NCBI GenBank assembly: GCA_016190245.1
Contig: JACPQY010000024.1
Span: 121,620 to 185,619 of the forward strand
Reading direction: 5' to 3'
Source: Nitrospirota bacterium
Lineage (GTDB): Bacteria; JACPQY01
DNA length: 64,000 bases
The notes under the pieces were generated by a model. The model was not told the DNA's origin. It worked only from the letters and a program-made list of their open reading frames with translations, and did no database searches. Position numbers and translations under genes: made by a program. This document shows positions 1 through 10,524 of this stretch, in pieces (position 1 is the first letter of the stretch; every line of letters begins with the position of its first letter).

Positions 1-1639
1 CCTCGGGCGTCGCGTTGGGCTTCATCACGGCAGCCGCGAGCATCTCCGCGTTGCCGCCCAGCACGATGTCCGTCCCACGACCGGCCATGTTGGTGGAAAT
101 CGTCACGGCCGCTTTGCGCCCCGCCTGCGCGACAATCTCCGCCTCGCGCTCGTGGTGCTTGGCGTTGAGGACGTTGTGCTTGATCCCGTCCCGCCGAAGC
201 ATCCCCGAGAGGAGTTCGGACTTCTCGATCGAGATCGTGCCCACCAGCACCGGCTGGCCGTGGCCATGCACATCCTTGATCTCTTCCACAATCGCCGCGA
301 ACTTCCCCTTCTCGTTCTTGTAGACGACGTCCGCGTAGTCCGCGCGGACCATCGGACGATGCGTGGGGATGACCACGACCTCGAGTTTGTAGATCTCCTC
401 GAACTCGCCCGCCTCCGTGGCCGCCGTGCCGGTCATCCCGGCCAGCTTGTCGTACATCCGGAAGTAGTTCTGGAAGGTGATCGTGGCGAGCGTCTGGTTC
501 TCGCGCTCGATCTTGAGCCCCTCCTTGGCCTCCACGCCCTGGTGGAGACCGTCGCTCCACCTCCGGCCCGGCATGAGACGCCCGGTGAACTCATCCACGA
601 TGATGACCTTGCCTTCCTTGACCACGTAGTCCACATCCACCTTGAACAGTTCGTGAGCCTTGAGGGCTTGGTCCACGTGGTGGACGAGGTCAATGTGCGC
701 GGGGTCGTACATGTTCTGCACGCCGAGGAGCTTTTCGACTTTCGCGATGCCTTCCTCGGTGAGCATGACGGAGCGGGCCTTCTCGTCCACCGTGAAGTCG
801 CCGGTGTAGGTCTTGGAACCATCCGGGTGCTTCGTCTCCTCGCCCTTCTCGAGCCTCGGGATGATCCGGTTGATGACGTAGTACTTCTCCGTGCTCTCCT
901 CGGCCGGGCCTGAGATGATGAGGGGCGTGCGGGCCTCGTCAACGAGGATGGAGTCCACCTCGTCCACAATGGCGTAGTTCAGCTCGCGCTGAACGTATTC
1001 CTCGAGGGAGAATTTCATGTTGTCGCGCAGGTAATCGAAGCCGAATTCGTTGTTCGTGCCGTAGGTAACGTCCGCCGCGTAGGCCTCCCTGCGGGTGCAA
1101 CGAACGAGCTTGACGCCGAATTTCCCGACCTTGGGCTCCCACTGGAGGCGGAAGGAGGCCTCGTGCTGGATCACACCGACCTCGAGGCCGAGCGCGAGGT
1201 AGATCGGGCCCATCCACGTGGCGTCACGTCGCGCCAGGTAGTCGTTCACGGTCACCAAGTGGGCGCCGTGGCCCGTCATGGCGTTGAGGACGAGCGGCAG
1301 CGTGGCGACAAGCGTTTTGCCTTCGCCCGTTTTCATTTCGGCGATCTTGCCTTGGTGCAGGACCATTCCGCCGATGAGCTGTACGTCGAAGTGCCTGAGC
1401 CCAATCGTGCGCCGCGAGACCTCGCGCACGGTCGCGAAAACCTCCGGGAGCAATTCATCCAAGTCATCTCCCTTTTCGGTCCGCTCGCGGAACTTGCGTG
1501 TCTGCGCCGCGATCGCCTCATCGTTGAGCCGCTCCATCTCCGGCTCGAGGGCGGTGATCTCGTCCGCAAGCGGGCGCAGTCCCCGGACAATGCGCTCGGT
1601 CTTGGTCTTGAAGATCTTTTCGAGGATCAGGCGGATCAT
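1..1639 (-). CDS. secA: Preprotein translocase subunit SecA, 5' part (continues beyond the window start)
   Basis: Manual translation from ATG at 1639: [16 protein letters not shown]...[27 protein letters not shown]...[11 protein letters not shown]...[16 protein letters not shown]...[22 protein letters not shown]. Absent from the ORF track because there is no stop inside the window. Confidence 0.98.
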   Translation of the reverse strand, partial: MIRLILEKIFKTKTERIVRGLRPLADEITALEPEMERLNDEAIAAQTRKFRERTEKGDDLDELLPEVFATVREVSRRTIGLRHFDVQLIGGMVLHQGKIAEMKTGEGKTLVATLPLVLNAMTGHGAHLVTVNDYLARRDATWMGPIYLALGLEVGVIQHEASFRLQWEPKVGKFGVKLVRCTRREAYAADVTYGTNNEFGFDYLRDNMKFSLEEYVQRELNYAIVDEVDSILVDEARTPLIISGPAEESTEKYYVINRIIPRLEKGEETKHPDGSKTYTGDFTVDEKARSVMLTEEGIAKVEKLLGVQNMYDPAHIDLVHHVDQALKAHELFKVDVDYVVKEGKVIIVDEFTGRLMPGRRWSDGLHQGVEAKEGLKIERENQTLATITFQNYFRMYDKLAGMTGTAATEAGEFEEIYKLEVVVIPTHRPMVRADYADVVYKNEKGKFAAIVEEIKDVHGHGQPVLVGTISIEKSELLSGMLRRDGIKHNVLNAKHHEREAEIVAQAGRKAAVTISTNMAGRGTDIVLGGNAEMLAAAVMKPNATPE

Positions 1640-1722
1640 CGGAGCGGCGTCATTCTACGGCACGTTCGGCGCGGATGCCAAGGCGCGACCTGCGGGTCCG
1701 CGCCGGCAGGGATACGCGCGAT

Positions 1723-2742
1723 CTACAGCGTGCGACCGGCCGCTTCGGCGAACCGGCGCAGCTCCCCCATGAGCGTCGCGAATTTCTCGGGCTTGAGGGA
1801 CTGACCGCCGTCGCTGAGCGCTTTCTCGGGCTGGTTGTGGACTTCGATAATGAGGCCGTCCGCCCCGCAGGCCACGGCGGCCTTGGCCATCGGCGCCACC
1901 CATCTCCAGTACCCCGTGCCGTGGCTCGGATCCACGATGATCGGCAGGTGGGTCTTGGAGGCGAGGACGGGGACGGCGTTGAGATCGAGCGTGTTGCGTG
2001 TGGCCGTCTCGAACGTTCGAATGCCGCGCTCGCAAAGGATCACGTTCTCGTTGCCCCCGGCGAGGATGTACTCCGCGCAGAGGAGGAATTCCTGGATGGT
2101 CGTGGAAAGGCCCCGCTTCAGAAGGACCGGGCGTTTGACCTTGCCGAGCGCCTTGAGGAGAGCGAAGTTTTGGACGTTGCGCGCGCCCACCTGGATGACG
2201 TCCGAGTACTCCTCGAAAAGATGGACGTCCGTCGGGCTCATGATCTCGGTCACGATGGGGAGGCCCGTGCGCTCGCGGGCCTCGACCAGCAATTTGAGCC
2301 CCTCCTCCTCGAGGCCCTGGAAGGCAAAGGGGGAGGTTCGGGGCTTGTAGGCCCCCCCCCGGAGGAACTGCGCGCCGGCCTCCTTGACCCGGGTCGCCAC
2401 CTCGATGATCTGCTCGCGGCTCTCCACCGAGCAGGGTCCGGCAATCACCGAGATGCGCTGCCCTCCCACCTCGATGCCGTTCACGGACACGGCCGTGCGC
2501 TCGGGCTTGAACTCCTTGGAGGCGAGCTTGAAGGGCTCGAGGACAAGGATGACCTTCTCGACGCCTGGCTGCTGTTCGAGCGTTTCCTTGGCCATGCTCT
2601 TGCCGCGCTCGTCACCGACGGCAGCGATGACCGTCCTCTCGACGCCCTCGATCATGTGAGGCAGGTACCCCAACTCGATCACTTTCTCGCGCGCGGCTTG
2701 GATTTTGTCCCGCGAGCAACCCTTTTTCATCACCACAATCAT
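1723..2742 (-). CDS. aroF: 3-deoxy-7-phosphoheptulonate (DAHP) synthase, type I-beta with N-terminal regulatory domain
   Basis: [40 protein letters not shown] and DPSHGTG motifs. Confidence 0.95.
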   Translation of the reverse strand: MIVVMKKGCSRDKIQAAREKVIELGYLPHMIEGVERTVIAAVGDERGKSMAKETLEQQPGVEKVILVLEPFKLASKEFKPERTAVSVNGIEVGGQRISVIAGPCSVESREQIIEVATRVKEAGAQFLRGGAYKPRTSPFAFQGLEEEGLKLLVEARERTGLPIVTEIMSPTDVHLFEEYSDVIQVGARNVQNFALLKALGKVKRPVLLKRGLSTTIQEFLLCAEYILAGGNENVILCERGIRTFETATRNTLDLNAVPVLASKTHLPIIVDPSHGTGYWRWVAPMAKAAVACGADGLIIEVHNQPEKALSDGGQSLKPEKFATLMGELRRFAEAAGRTL

Positions 2743-2825
2743 GGGGACGCGTGCCTCCTAAGTTCGCAGATTGTATTCGTTCTCGCAGGGGGATTCAACC
2801 GGTCTTCCCGGGGTTACCCCAAAAC

Positions 2826-2853
2826 TTGACGCTGTCCATGCCCGGCGTAGAAT
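2826..2853 (+). promoter_or_regulatory. Sigma70-like promoter for the PaREP1/HEPN gene
   Basis: TTGACG-16 nt-TAGAAT upstream of ATG 2870. Confidence 0.5.
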
Positions 2854-2869
2854 GAAATGAGAGCAGATC

Positions 2870-3268
2870 ATGAGCAAGTACTTGTTGCAGGCGGAAAAGT
2901 TCCACAAGAAGGCGCTGGCTGAGTTCCTCAAAGCCAAGAGAAACGGACTGGAGGAGACGGACATCATCCAGGCGGCGGAGAAGGGATGGCTTGCGGCGCA
3001 TCGGGCGACGAACGCGCTGCTGGAACGGCATGGGAAAAAGATCACGGCCGGAACGCAGCGGAAACAACAGGACTTGATCGATCTCGAGAGAGTATTCCCC
3101 GAGATCAAGAGGAGCGCCATCACCGACAAGTTCAACAGTTTCCACAGTAACTTGCACGTGGCTGCCGGCTGCATGGATTTTGTTTCAGCCAAGCTGATCG
3201 AGCGACACATCCGCGCGGTGGGCGAGTACATCCAAACCATTCGGCGGTTGACGGCGCGTGGGGGGTAA
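2870..3268 (+). CDS. PaREP1/HEPN-like helical protein
   Basis: YL..AE.....A..EF ... QAAEKGW.AA..A pattern and C-terminal LH, typical of PaREP1/HEPN-fold proteins; 132 aa. Confidence 0.65.
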   Translation: MSKYLLQAEKFHKKALAEFLKAKRNGLEETDIIQAAEKGWLAAHRATNALLERHGKKITAGTQRKQQDLIDLERVFPEIKRSAITDKFNSFHSNLHVAAGCMDFVSAKLIERHIRAVGEYIQTIRRLTARGG

Positions 3269-3508
3269 GAGGTCAGGCGAAGGATTTCGGCACGGTCGCG
3301 CGCACGGGATGCGTGAATCTGAGACTTGGCCTCACAGCCTCCGCACGTGCCCGGTCACGTTGGGAAGGTCACCGAGTTGGCCGAATTCCAAAGAAAGCAT
3401 AGGCGTGCATGTCTGACCCCCGCACCCCCACTACGCGGCCCGCCCCGCAACGATCGCGATCTCGACGGGGTCGCCGGGGATGGAGATGACGAGGGGGCTC
3501 ACCGTGCC

Positions 3509-3925
3509 CTACTGCGGTTCGCGCACCAGGCCCATCTGAACGAAGTGATGGTCGAACGCGAATACGCGCTGAACCCTGCGCTTCGCACACACCACCTGCG
3601 ACGTGCAGTCCGTAAACGACCATTTCTTGTCCGCGCCGATCCGCTCAAGCACTTCCCACGCCTCCGCCTCATCCTCGTGGGACAGATGCACGACGTCCAG
3701 TACACGACTTCGTTCCATCGCAAGTACCCGCTCCCGAAAAGCCCGCACCTTCTTTGGCCCCACCTCGCGAAGGAGTAGCGTGTACGTTTCATCAAACACG
3801 TAGCAACTGGTGACCAGCCGGTCCTGCCCAGCCGCGACGCCGTCCCGGTACCGTGCGGCCGCTTGGTGATGGCCGTCCGCCGGATCCTCCAGGGCCACCC
3901 AGCCGGAGGTGTCGACGAAGATCAC
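3509..3925 (-). CDS. PIN-domain (VapC-like) toxin
   Basis: IFVDTSGWVAL...D..H, V.DE.YT, SFTDCTS, FAFDHHF motifs. Confidence 0.92.
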   Translation of the reverse strand: MIFVDTSGWVALEDPADGHHQAAARYRDGVAAGQDRLVTSCYVFDETYTLLLREVGPKKVRAFRERVLAMERSRVLDVVHLSHEDEAEAWEVLERIGADKKWSFTDCTSQVVCAKRRVQRVFAFDHHFVQMGLVREPQ

Positions 3926-4197
3926 GGACGAGATTTCGGCCTCGCCCCTTTCGCCCGGCGACCATACAGGTAGTCGTCCGCGCGCAGAGACAGATCCCCC
4001 GGCCCCCGTCCCTCGGACGGGTCACATCCCATGGCCAGGAGGGCCTGCCGTCCCGTGTCACCCTCGGTCTCTTGAACTTCCCTCTCCATGAGCGCCCTGA
4101 GAACCTCGGAGGCCGTCTTCCCCCGCCGACGTGACAATCTCTTGAACCCCTTCCAAGTATCCTCCTCGATCCGGATCGTGATGGCGGTATCCTTCAT
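3922..4197 (-). CDS. Ribbon-helix-helix (CopG/VapB-like) antitoxin
   Basis: MKDTAITIRI...LSRRRGKTASEVLR RHH pattern; DLS...DDYLYG tail; 4-nt overlap with the PIN gene. Start reassigned to ATG 4197. Confidence 0.8.
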   Translation of the reverse strand: MKDTAITIRIEEDTWKGFKRLSRRRGKTASEVLRALMEREVQETEGDTGRQALLAMGCDPSEGRGPGDLSLRADDYLYGRRAKGARPKSRP

Positions 4198-4319
4198 GCC
4201 ATGATGTTGATACAAATGCCGAGGCACGTCAATACATGCCCGCTTTCCCCCTCCGACCCGATCCTCGCAGGCTCCCCCGGGCCCTCTCTTCCGTGTGTAT
4301 GCCGGGGACAAAATACCAA

Positions 4320-4479
4320 GAGCCTATCCTAAAACGTATCGCGGACCCCGCCGGAGCGGCAGAGCCTGAAGGCTCTGCTACAGGCGGGCCCGCTACGGAC
4401 CGTTGGATTCTTCTCGTAGCGGAGCCTTCAGGCTCCGCGAAGGTCGCGCCAGGGCCGAGAGGGGTTTTCGGATAGGCTC
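4320..4479. mobile_element. MITE-like element with 16-bp terminal inverted repeats enclosing an inverted pair of GTAG-type REP hairpins
   Basis: GAGCCTATCCTAAAAC (4320-4335) vs reverse complement of 4464-4479 GAGCCTATCCGAAAAC (15/16). Internal GTAGC(A/G)GAGCCTTCAGGCTC(T/C)GC at 4359-4381 (minus) and 4416-4438 (plus). Confidence 0.65.
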
Positions 4480-4576
4480 CAGTTTCCCTCGCCTTCGGCA
4501 CGAGGCGGCCCCTCGCGGCCGGCCCGGGCTTCCGTGTCAAGGCGAAAATCAGTAGACTGTCCCCGGAATACAAGAG

Positions 4577-6031
4577 ATGAGGTGTCACGCATGGACCATC
4601 CTCTGCGCCCCCATCGCCCTGATCCACTCCGCCTGCAGCGGTGCGGAAACATCTCTTCTTTTTCCGCCGGGATTTATGTGGGGGGCGGCAACAGCCGCCT
4701 ATCAGATTGAGGGGTACAACACTCACTCGGACCTCTGGGACTGGGAGGTGAAGTACGAACAGCGGTCGGGCGCGGCCGCCAATTCCTACGTTCTTTTCGA
4801 TGAAGATGCCGAGTTGGTGAAGCGACTCGGCATGGGCGTCTATCGGTTTTCGATCGAATGGGCCCGCCTGGAGCCCCGCAACAATGAATGGAACGCCGAG
4901 GCGATCGAGCACTATCATGAAGTCCTCCGCTCCCTCCGGAGCCGGAACATTCGTCCGATGGTCACGCTGCATCATTTCACGAATCCCAAGTGGGTTTATG
5001 AGATCGATCCGAGCCCCTGGGAAAACGGCGAGGTCGTGAGAGAGTTCGAGGAGTACGTTCGACTGGCGGCCCGGGAGTACGGTTCCGAGGTGGATATGTG
5101 GATCCCCTTCAACGAACCCAACGTATACTCATTCGGCGCCTACGGCATCGGCCGCTTCCCTCCCGGACAGGTGGGTCTCCTGAACCCGACCGAGCGGTTG
5201 CTGCCGGTCATGCAGAACATGGTCGAAGCCCACGTGCAGGCGTACCGGATGCTGCACGAAGTGGATACGGCGGATGCGGACGGCGACGGGGTCGCCGCAT
5301 GGGTGGGGGTGGGGCAAGCCGTGTCGGCGATCGAGCCCGCCGATCCCGACTCTGCGGCCGATCGCGCCGCGGTGGATCGCTATGCCCGCTTCTACGTCTG
5401 GCTCTTCCCGGACGCGATGGCGCGGGGAAACTTCGATTCCGATCTCCGGTTCGACGAGGCGATCGAGAGACCGGACTGGGCGGGGTCTCTGGATTTCCTC
5501 GGTTTGCAGTACTATTCGCGCCTGAAGGTCCGCGCACAGGAGGGGCTCCTCGACCCGCTCAATCTCCTGCCGTGTGCCTCCGAGGGGGCTCTGACACAGA
5601 TCTTTGGCGTGCTCGGATGTCCGGCTCCGGACCTGCCGAAGACGGACATGGGCTGGGAGATCTATCCCGAGGGATTCTACGACGTCGTGAGGCAGGCGTG
5701 GGAGCGATACGCCCTTCCGGTGGTGGTGACGGAGAACGGGATCGCGGATCAGACGGGAGAGAAGCGCGCGCCGTTTATCGTACAACATCTGGCCCAGTTG
5801 CACCGAGCGATACGGGATGGAGCGGACGTTCGCGGCTACATGCACTGGTCGCTGCTCGACAATTACGAATGGGGCAGTTTTCGTCCGCGGTTCGGTCTGT
5901 ACAGCGTGGATTACGAGAACGGATTCGCAAGAGAACTCACCGCTGGAGGGGCCGTGTATGGAGAGATTGTCGGGGCCAATGGGATTTCGTCGGACCTCCT
6001 GAACCGATTCGGCAGCGATGACTTCAGGTGA
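4577..6031 (+). CDS. Glycoside hydrolase family 1 (beta-glucosidase-like), probably secreted/lipoprotein
   Basis: FPPGFMWGAATAAYQIEG, YRFSIEWAR, FNEP acid/base, VTENG nucleophile, WSLLDNYEW; N-terminal hydrophobic signal ending SAC. Confidence 0.93.
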   Translation: MRCHAWTILCAPIALIHSACSGAETSLLFPPGFMWGAATAAYQIEGYNTHSDLWDWEVKYEQRSGAAANSYVLFDEDAELVKRLGMGVYRFSIEWARLEPRNNEWNAEAIEHYHEVLRSLRSRNIRPMVTLHHFTNPKWVYEIDPSPWENGEVVREFEEYVRLAAREYGSEVDMWIPFNEPNVYSFGAYGIGRFPPGQVGLLNPTERLLPVMQNMVEAHVQAYRMLHEVDTADADGDGVAAWVGVGQAVSAIEPADPDSAADRAAVDRYARFYVWLFPDAMARGNFDSDLRFDEAIERPDWAGSLDFLGLQYYSRLKVRAQEGLLDPLNLLPCASEGALTQIFGVLGCPAPDLPKTDMGWEIYPEGFYDVVRQAWERYALPVVVTENGIADQTGEKRAPFIVQHLAQLHRAIRDGADVRGYMHWSLLDNYEWGSFRPRFGLYSVDYENGFARELTAGGAVYGEIVGANGISSDLLNRFGSDDFR

Positions 6032-6181
6032 GGATAGGGAGGCCTACTTGAGTCTCAGGGGGTCACGAACGGCACAGCCGCCACCGTCATGGCGAAACCC
6101 GCCACGCCTCCGATTCCAACGGGAGTGGCGTATGGTCGGTGGCAGTAGCGGGTGCAACAGCCACAGTGGTAAAGTCCGCCC

Positions 6182-6445
6182 GTGGATGTGTTCGAGCGAC
6201 TGGCGAAGATCGAGGAGGATCTGCGGGTCCTCGGGCGGGACTACGATCAGTACTTCGCCGGCGGACTCAAGACCGAACCCTTTGCGCTCCTCTCGCGGGT
6301 GGAGCGTGAGATTCAGACGCTCTCGGTTGACCCCACGCTGAACACCGCACAACGGTTCAAGCTCAACACGATCATGGCGCGGTTCCACGTGAACAAGACG
6401 CGCTGGCAGAAGATCCTGCGCCAGCGGGAACAGCTCGCCGACTAG
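6182..6445 (+). CDS. Small conserved helical protein (resembles the YxQYF.G...P...NT..RF...W domain seen in myxobacterial MXAN_5187-C-like proteins)
   Basis: YDQYFAGG..TEP...NTAQRFKL....ARF......W; TAAAGT -10-like hexamer 6 nt before GTG. Confidence 0.6.
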   Translation: MDVFERLAKIEEDLRVLGRDYDQYFAGGLKTEPFALLSRVEREIQTLSVDPTLNTAQRFKLNTIMARFHVNKTRWQKILRQREQLAD

Positions 6446-6581
6446 CGGTTCCCGACCTGAAAATTCCGTCGCCCGGGGAAGAATCTTCCTTCGCCGAGTA
6501 AGTCTCGGGCGCGACCCGCGATAACGTCGCGCGTCTCCTGCACGATTCACACCGCGCCGCATGGAACGCCCTTTGCTCAAG

Positions 6582-6610
6582 CTAAACTGTAGTGTGAAGG
6601 TGTCCGATAA
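6582..6610 (+). promoter_or_regulatory. Possible sigma28 (FliA/SigD)-type promoter upstream of the large Kelch lipoprotein
   Basis: CTAAA-17 nt-CCGATAA; spacer is 1 nt longer than the usual consensus. Confidence 0.3.
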
Positions 6611-6710
6611 ACCCTTATGAGGGAAATGAACCGCAACAGGTACGCAAGTGTCGGCTCCAAGGAGGGCGGAACCGGCAATGCTGCGGTGATCGTATCAAGG
6701 GGGTATCAAG

Positions 6711-9700
6711 ATGCAATGGACTGCACGACTAGGGAGAGATGGGGCGTGGCTGGTTTTCTGTCTTTTTTCCGTCCACGTCGCCAACACAGGATGTGACCGT
6801 TTCGACGGGGCGGCGCCCAAAGAAGCCCCGCCAAAGTCTTCCGCCGACCTGATCCGACTCGACGTAACGATTCCGCTCTCCCCCGAAGCCGCCGCGGCCC
6901 TCCTTGCCGTGCAGGAGCAGGACGGTCTGGTGGCCGACGTGGATCTAAACGGGCGCCGAGCGGCCCAGGAGCTGCCGGGCCGCGTTGAGGCCGGCGTTCG
7001 CGCGGGCGTTCGCGCCGGGATCCGCATGGCAGGCGCACCCACGGTGAAGCAAGGCGTCCGTGTCGGCGTACGGGCCGGCGTCCGTCTCTCCTCCGGGCGC
7101 GGAGGCGGTTCCACCTCGCCCACCCCCGGCTCGAATGTTGTCCTCGACTCCCGTTCGGTCTCAACTGGCCGCGGTGCGGGCGGTCTGGGTCTCGGCCTGT
7201 ACACGCCGCTCGAGACTCAGGATTCGTCCTCGCTCGTCGAAAGCCCACCTCTCCCCGCGCTCGAGGCCGACCCACCCGCGGGCGCCGACGAAATCGTTCA
7301 TCACTTCAGCACGTCGTTCGAGCTGCCGACGAACCTCGCGTCCGACGGGGGCAATCGCTTCGACTTTCGCATCCGCACCGAACGCCACGCCGACCTGATC
7401 CTCGCTCAGGTGAGCACGCTGATCCGCGCCACGTGGCGCGATCTCCCTTCGGCCTCGGACGGCTCGGGACAGGGCAACACGTCGGATCGTGCCCGCCGGG
7501 CGCTCGAAATCTCCCCGGAGCCGCTCGAGTCCTACGAAGTGGACCTCCCCGACCAAGACGGCGATGGCGTGGCCTCGCTCGTGGAGGTCGCCACCCTCGT
7601 GACGGTCCCTCCCGAAAACGGGGGCCGGCCGCTGACCTTGGACGAGGCCGCCCAGGCGGCCCGAACGGCCGGCGGACCTCAAGTCACCCCCTCGCAGGTC
7701 AAGACCGCGTTCAGCCTTCTCGCCAAGGATCTCGACGTTCGGACTCGAGAGGACCTGAACCGGAGCGGCACGCCCGCCCCTGCAACGTGGCACCCTGTGC
7801 TCACCCAAGCCGATCTCACAGCACCCGAGGCCCGAATCTCCGTTGACGCGACAACGCTCGTCGAAGGGAGCACGGTATCCGCCACACTGGACTGCAACGA
7901 AGCCGCCTGCGCCTATCGCTGCGCGCTCGACGGCGCCGAACCTGAGCCCTGCCCCGCCACGCTGGCCCTCACGCTCGCCCCCGGCTCTCACATCCTCGAA
8001 GTCCGGGCGGTAGACCCCTTCGGCAACCGCAGCGCCGACCCAGCCACCGCCGAGATCGTCGTGGCTCCGGCGCCCTCATGCTCGAGCGCCGCCTGCGAGG
8101 AGTCTCCGACCTCCTCCGACGAGCCCCCCCCCCCGGAGCCGACCGTCGAGTTCGCGGAACACCCGCCCCTGCTCTCGGCCGACCCGAGCGCGCGTTTCCA
8201 TCTGACTTCGGCTGCGCCCTCCGCGCGATTCGCCTGCCGGCTCGATACGGGCCGACCCTTCGCGTGCCCCTCAACGTTCGAGATCAAGAACCTCGACGAC
8301 GGGCCCCACACGTTGGCGGCCGGCGCATCCGCCGACGCGGCTCCCAATCTCTTCTCGTGGATTGTGGATCAGACCCCGCCGGATGCGGGTCGGGCCGGTC
8401 ACGCCACCACCGATGGGACCGCCTACCATGCCTCCGCAACCGTCTTCCCCGCCACCTGGACGGGTTTCTCCGACGGCCAGAGCGGCGTCGTGGGATTCGA
8501 GGTGAACCTCGGCACGGGGAACGATTGCCCCGGCGATACCCATCCCGGCGTCAAGGTGGGCGACACGGATCATGCCCTCCTCACCAATCTCTCCCTCGCG
8601 GATGGGCGGAAGTACTATTTCTGCGTCCGGGCCGTGGACCGGGCCGGGAACGCGAGCGCCTGGGCCGTGTCCTCCGGCACCGTCGTGGATCTTCGCCCAC
8701 CCGTCTCCGTGCCCCGAGCGCCCGCCAACGGTGCAAAGGTGGCGGCGGTCGGTCCGATCGGAGCAATCGCCGACGACACGTTGAGCGGCGTGCAGGAGGT
8801 CCGGGTCTCCATACAACGCGAGTCCGACCAGAAGTACTGGTCCGGCGGGTGGGTGGATCAGGAGTCCTGGCTGCCCGTGCAAAAAGAGGAAACGCTGTCC
8901 GATGCGGAACTCCCGGCCTGGATGATGGGCGAGTCCTACACCGTGCGGACCTTCGCCATCGACCGCGCCGGAAACGTGGAACCACTCAGCGCGCAGACGA
9001 AGTTCGTGTATGACACCGCGCCGCCCCTCTTCGAAGGGCTCGCGGGAGCTTTCGCCGTGGGCGACTCGGTCATCCTGAGCTGGACGCCCGCCCTCGACAA
9101 CGTGAGCGCCCCTTCGGACATGGTCTACCAGATCTGCCAATCCTCCACGGCCGCCGGGTGCGCGGCATTCACCTCCACCCAGGTGAGCGCGGCCGGGGCA
9201 TCCAGTCAGGTCGTCGCAAACGTGCCCGCGGGACCGGGCTACTTCGTGGTCCGCGCCCAGGACGAGGCGGGCAACTCCGATCCCAACCTGATCGTGCGTT
9301 CGGACGTCGCCGGGTTCGACGTGTGGGCCGGGCGCGCGCCGATGCCGACGCCCCGCACGACCGCTGGGGGGGCCGTTTCGGGGCTTGAACTGTACATCGT
9401 CGGCGGATATTCCGGCGGAGCGGTGCTCAACACCGTCGAAAGCTATAACCCGCTCCTCGACCGGTGGGTCGCCCGCCAGCCGATGCCGACCCCGCGCGAG
9501 GGGCCCGCCGTGGCCAAAGTGGACGAGCGGGTCTACGTGATCGGCGGGAGCAACGGCTCGGCCTTGAACGTGGTGGAGGTCTACGACCCGCAGGCGGGCA
9601 CGTGGACCACGCGAGCCGCCATGCCGACGCCCCGATCCCACGCCGCGGCCTGTGCGCTCGGCGGCAAGATCATTGTAGCCGGAGGTTGGAACGGAAGCGC

Positions 9701-10157
9701 CCTCGCTCAAGTGGAAGTGTACGACCCTGCCTCGGACACGTGGGCTGCCCTTCCCCCCCTGCCCAGCCCGCGCTGGCAGGCGGCCGCAGTGGTCGCGAAC
9801 GGCAGGGTCTACGTGCTGGGCGGGCGCTACGCCAGTGCGCTGAGCCTCGTGGATGAATACAACCCGTCCGGCAACTCCTGGGCGAGCCGCCCGCCCCTGC
9901 CGACCGCGCGATACGGCCTCGCAGCCGTTTCCCTCGGGAGTCGGATCATCGCGATGGGCGGCCGGGCCGAGCAGGCCAACGGCGTGGTCGAAGAGATCAA
10001 TCTCGACGCGGCGACGCCCTGGGCCACGCGCAGCTCCATGCCGACGCCGCGCGCGTCATTCGTGGCCGTGCCCTACGCGGGCAGGATCCTCGCGGTAGGC
10101 GGCGCCGGCGCCGCACAAGTCCTGGGCGTGGTCGAGGCCTACTCGCCGCTGCCGTAG
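6711..10157 (+). CDS. Large surface lipoprotein: GVRx repeats, shared N-terminal module, Ig-like/FN3-like domains, C-terminal Kelch beta-propeller
   Basis: Lipobox-like NTGC; C-x-LDG Ig-like modules; VRAVD.AGN motifs; six Kelch repeats (MPTPR...YV.GG......VE.Y.P...W). Confidence 0.85.
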   Translation: MQWTARLGRDGAWLVFCLFSVHVANTGCDRFDGAAPKEAPPKSSADLIRLDVTIPLSPEAAAALLAVQEQDGLVADVDLNGRRAAQELPGRVEAGVRAGVRAGIRMAGAPTVKQGVRVGVRAGVRLSSGRGGGSTSPTPGSNVVLDSRSVSTGRGAGGLGLGLYTPLETQDSSSLVESPPLPALEADPPAGADEIVHHFSTSFELPTNLASDGGNRFDFRIRTERHADLILAQVSTLIRATWRDLPSASDGSGQGNTSDRARRALEISPEPLESYEVDLPDQDGDGVASLVEVATLVTVPPENGGRPLTLDEAAQAARTAGGPQVTPSQVKTAFSLLAKDLDVRTREDLNRSGTPAPATWHPVLTQADLTAPEARISVDATTLVEGSTVSATLDCNEAACAYRCALDGAEPEPCPATLALTLAPGSHILEVRAVDPFGNRSADPATAEIVVAPAPSCSSAACEESPTSSDEPPPPEPTVEFAEHPPLLSADPSARFHLTSAAPSARFACRLDTGRPFACPSTFEIKNLDDGPHTLAAGASADAAPNLFSWIVDQTPPDAGRAGHATTDGTAYHASATVFPATWTGFSDGQSGVVGFEVNLGTGNDCPGDTHPGVKVGDTDHALLTNLSLADGRKYYFCVRAVDRAGNASAWAVSSGTVVDLRPPVSVPRAPANGAKVAAVGPIGAIADDTLSGVQEVRVSIQRESDQKYWSGGWVDQESWLPVQKEETLSDAELPAWMMGESYTVRTFAIDRAGNVEPLSAQTKFVYDTAPPLFEGLAGAFAVGDSVILSWTPALDNVSAPSDMVYQICQSSTAAGCAAFTSTQVSAAGASSQVVANVPAGPGYFVVRAQDEAGNSDPNLIVRSDVAGFDVWAGRAPMPTPRTTAGGAVSGLELYIVGGYSGGAVLNTVESYNPLLDRWVARQPMPTPREGPAVAKVDERVYVIGGSNGSALNVVEVYDPQAGTWTTRAAMPTPRSHAAACALGGKIIVAGGWNGSALAQVEVYDPASDTWAALPPLPSPRWQAAAVVANGRVYVLGGRYASALSLVDEYNPSGNSWASRPPLPTARYGLAAVSLGSRIIAMGGRAEQANGVVEEINLDAATPWATRSSMPTPRASFVAVPYAGRILAVGGAGAAQVLGVVEAYSPLP

Positions 10158-10172
10158 AGCCCGGCCGGGGCA

Positions 10173-10460
10173 TCAAGACGCGTGCCGCCAGGTCCACCGC
10201 ATAGGGCCATCGGACACGAAATCGTATCGGGAGCTTGAGCTGGAGCCTCCCTGGAGTCGCTCGGCCAGCCAAAGCTTGATGATGGTTTGGCGGGTCACGC
10301 CCAAGCGCCTCGCCTCCCGGTCAAGGGACTGCACCCTCCAGGTGGGGAAGTCCACTTTGACCCACTATTCCTGCCCGGGCCCGCGGGCCTTGGAACGGTC
10401 CAGAGCCTTAGCCATGTCCTCCCCTCGCTCAAAACGCCTGTCAAATTCCTTCGCTTTCAT
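10173..10460 (-). pseudogene. BrnA/CopG-family antitoxin with in-frame TAG
   Basis: MKAKEFDRRFERGED...GQE*WVKVDFPTW...LDREARRLGVTRQTIIKLWLAERL; TAG at 10365-10367. Confidence 0.8.
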
Positions 10461-10524
10461 GGATCTCCATTCCCTCCTTTCGAGAGCGCCTCACGCGAAT
10501 CAGGCGCACTTTTTCGCCGCGATA
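10441..10524 (-). pseudogene. C-terminal remnant of BrnT-family toxin
   Basis: YRGEKVRLIRVRRSRKEGMEIHES resembles the BrnT C-terminus (IRLISVRRSR.EE...YE) and overlaps the antitoxin start; N-terminus replaced by IS sequence. Confidence 0.65.

Noticed and set aside
6560..6700. c-di-GMP or other riboswitch upstream of the Kelch lipoprotein
   Set aside because: I could not find the GEMM core (GCAAAC...GAAA...GACGCAAAGC) or another convincing fold; an Rfam/Infernal scan would be decisive
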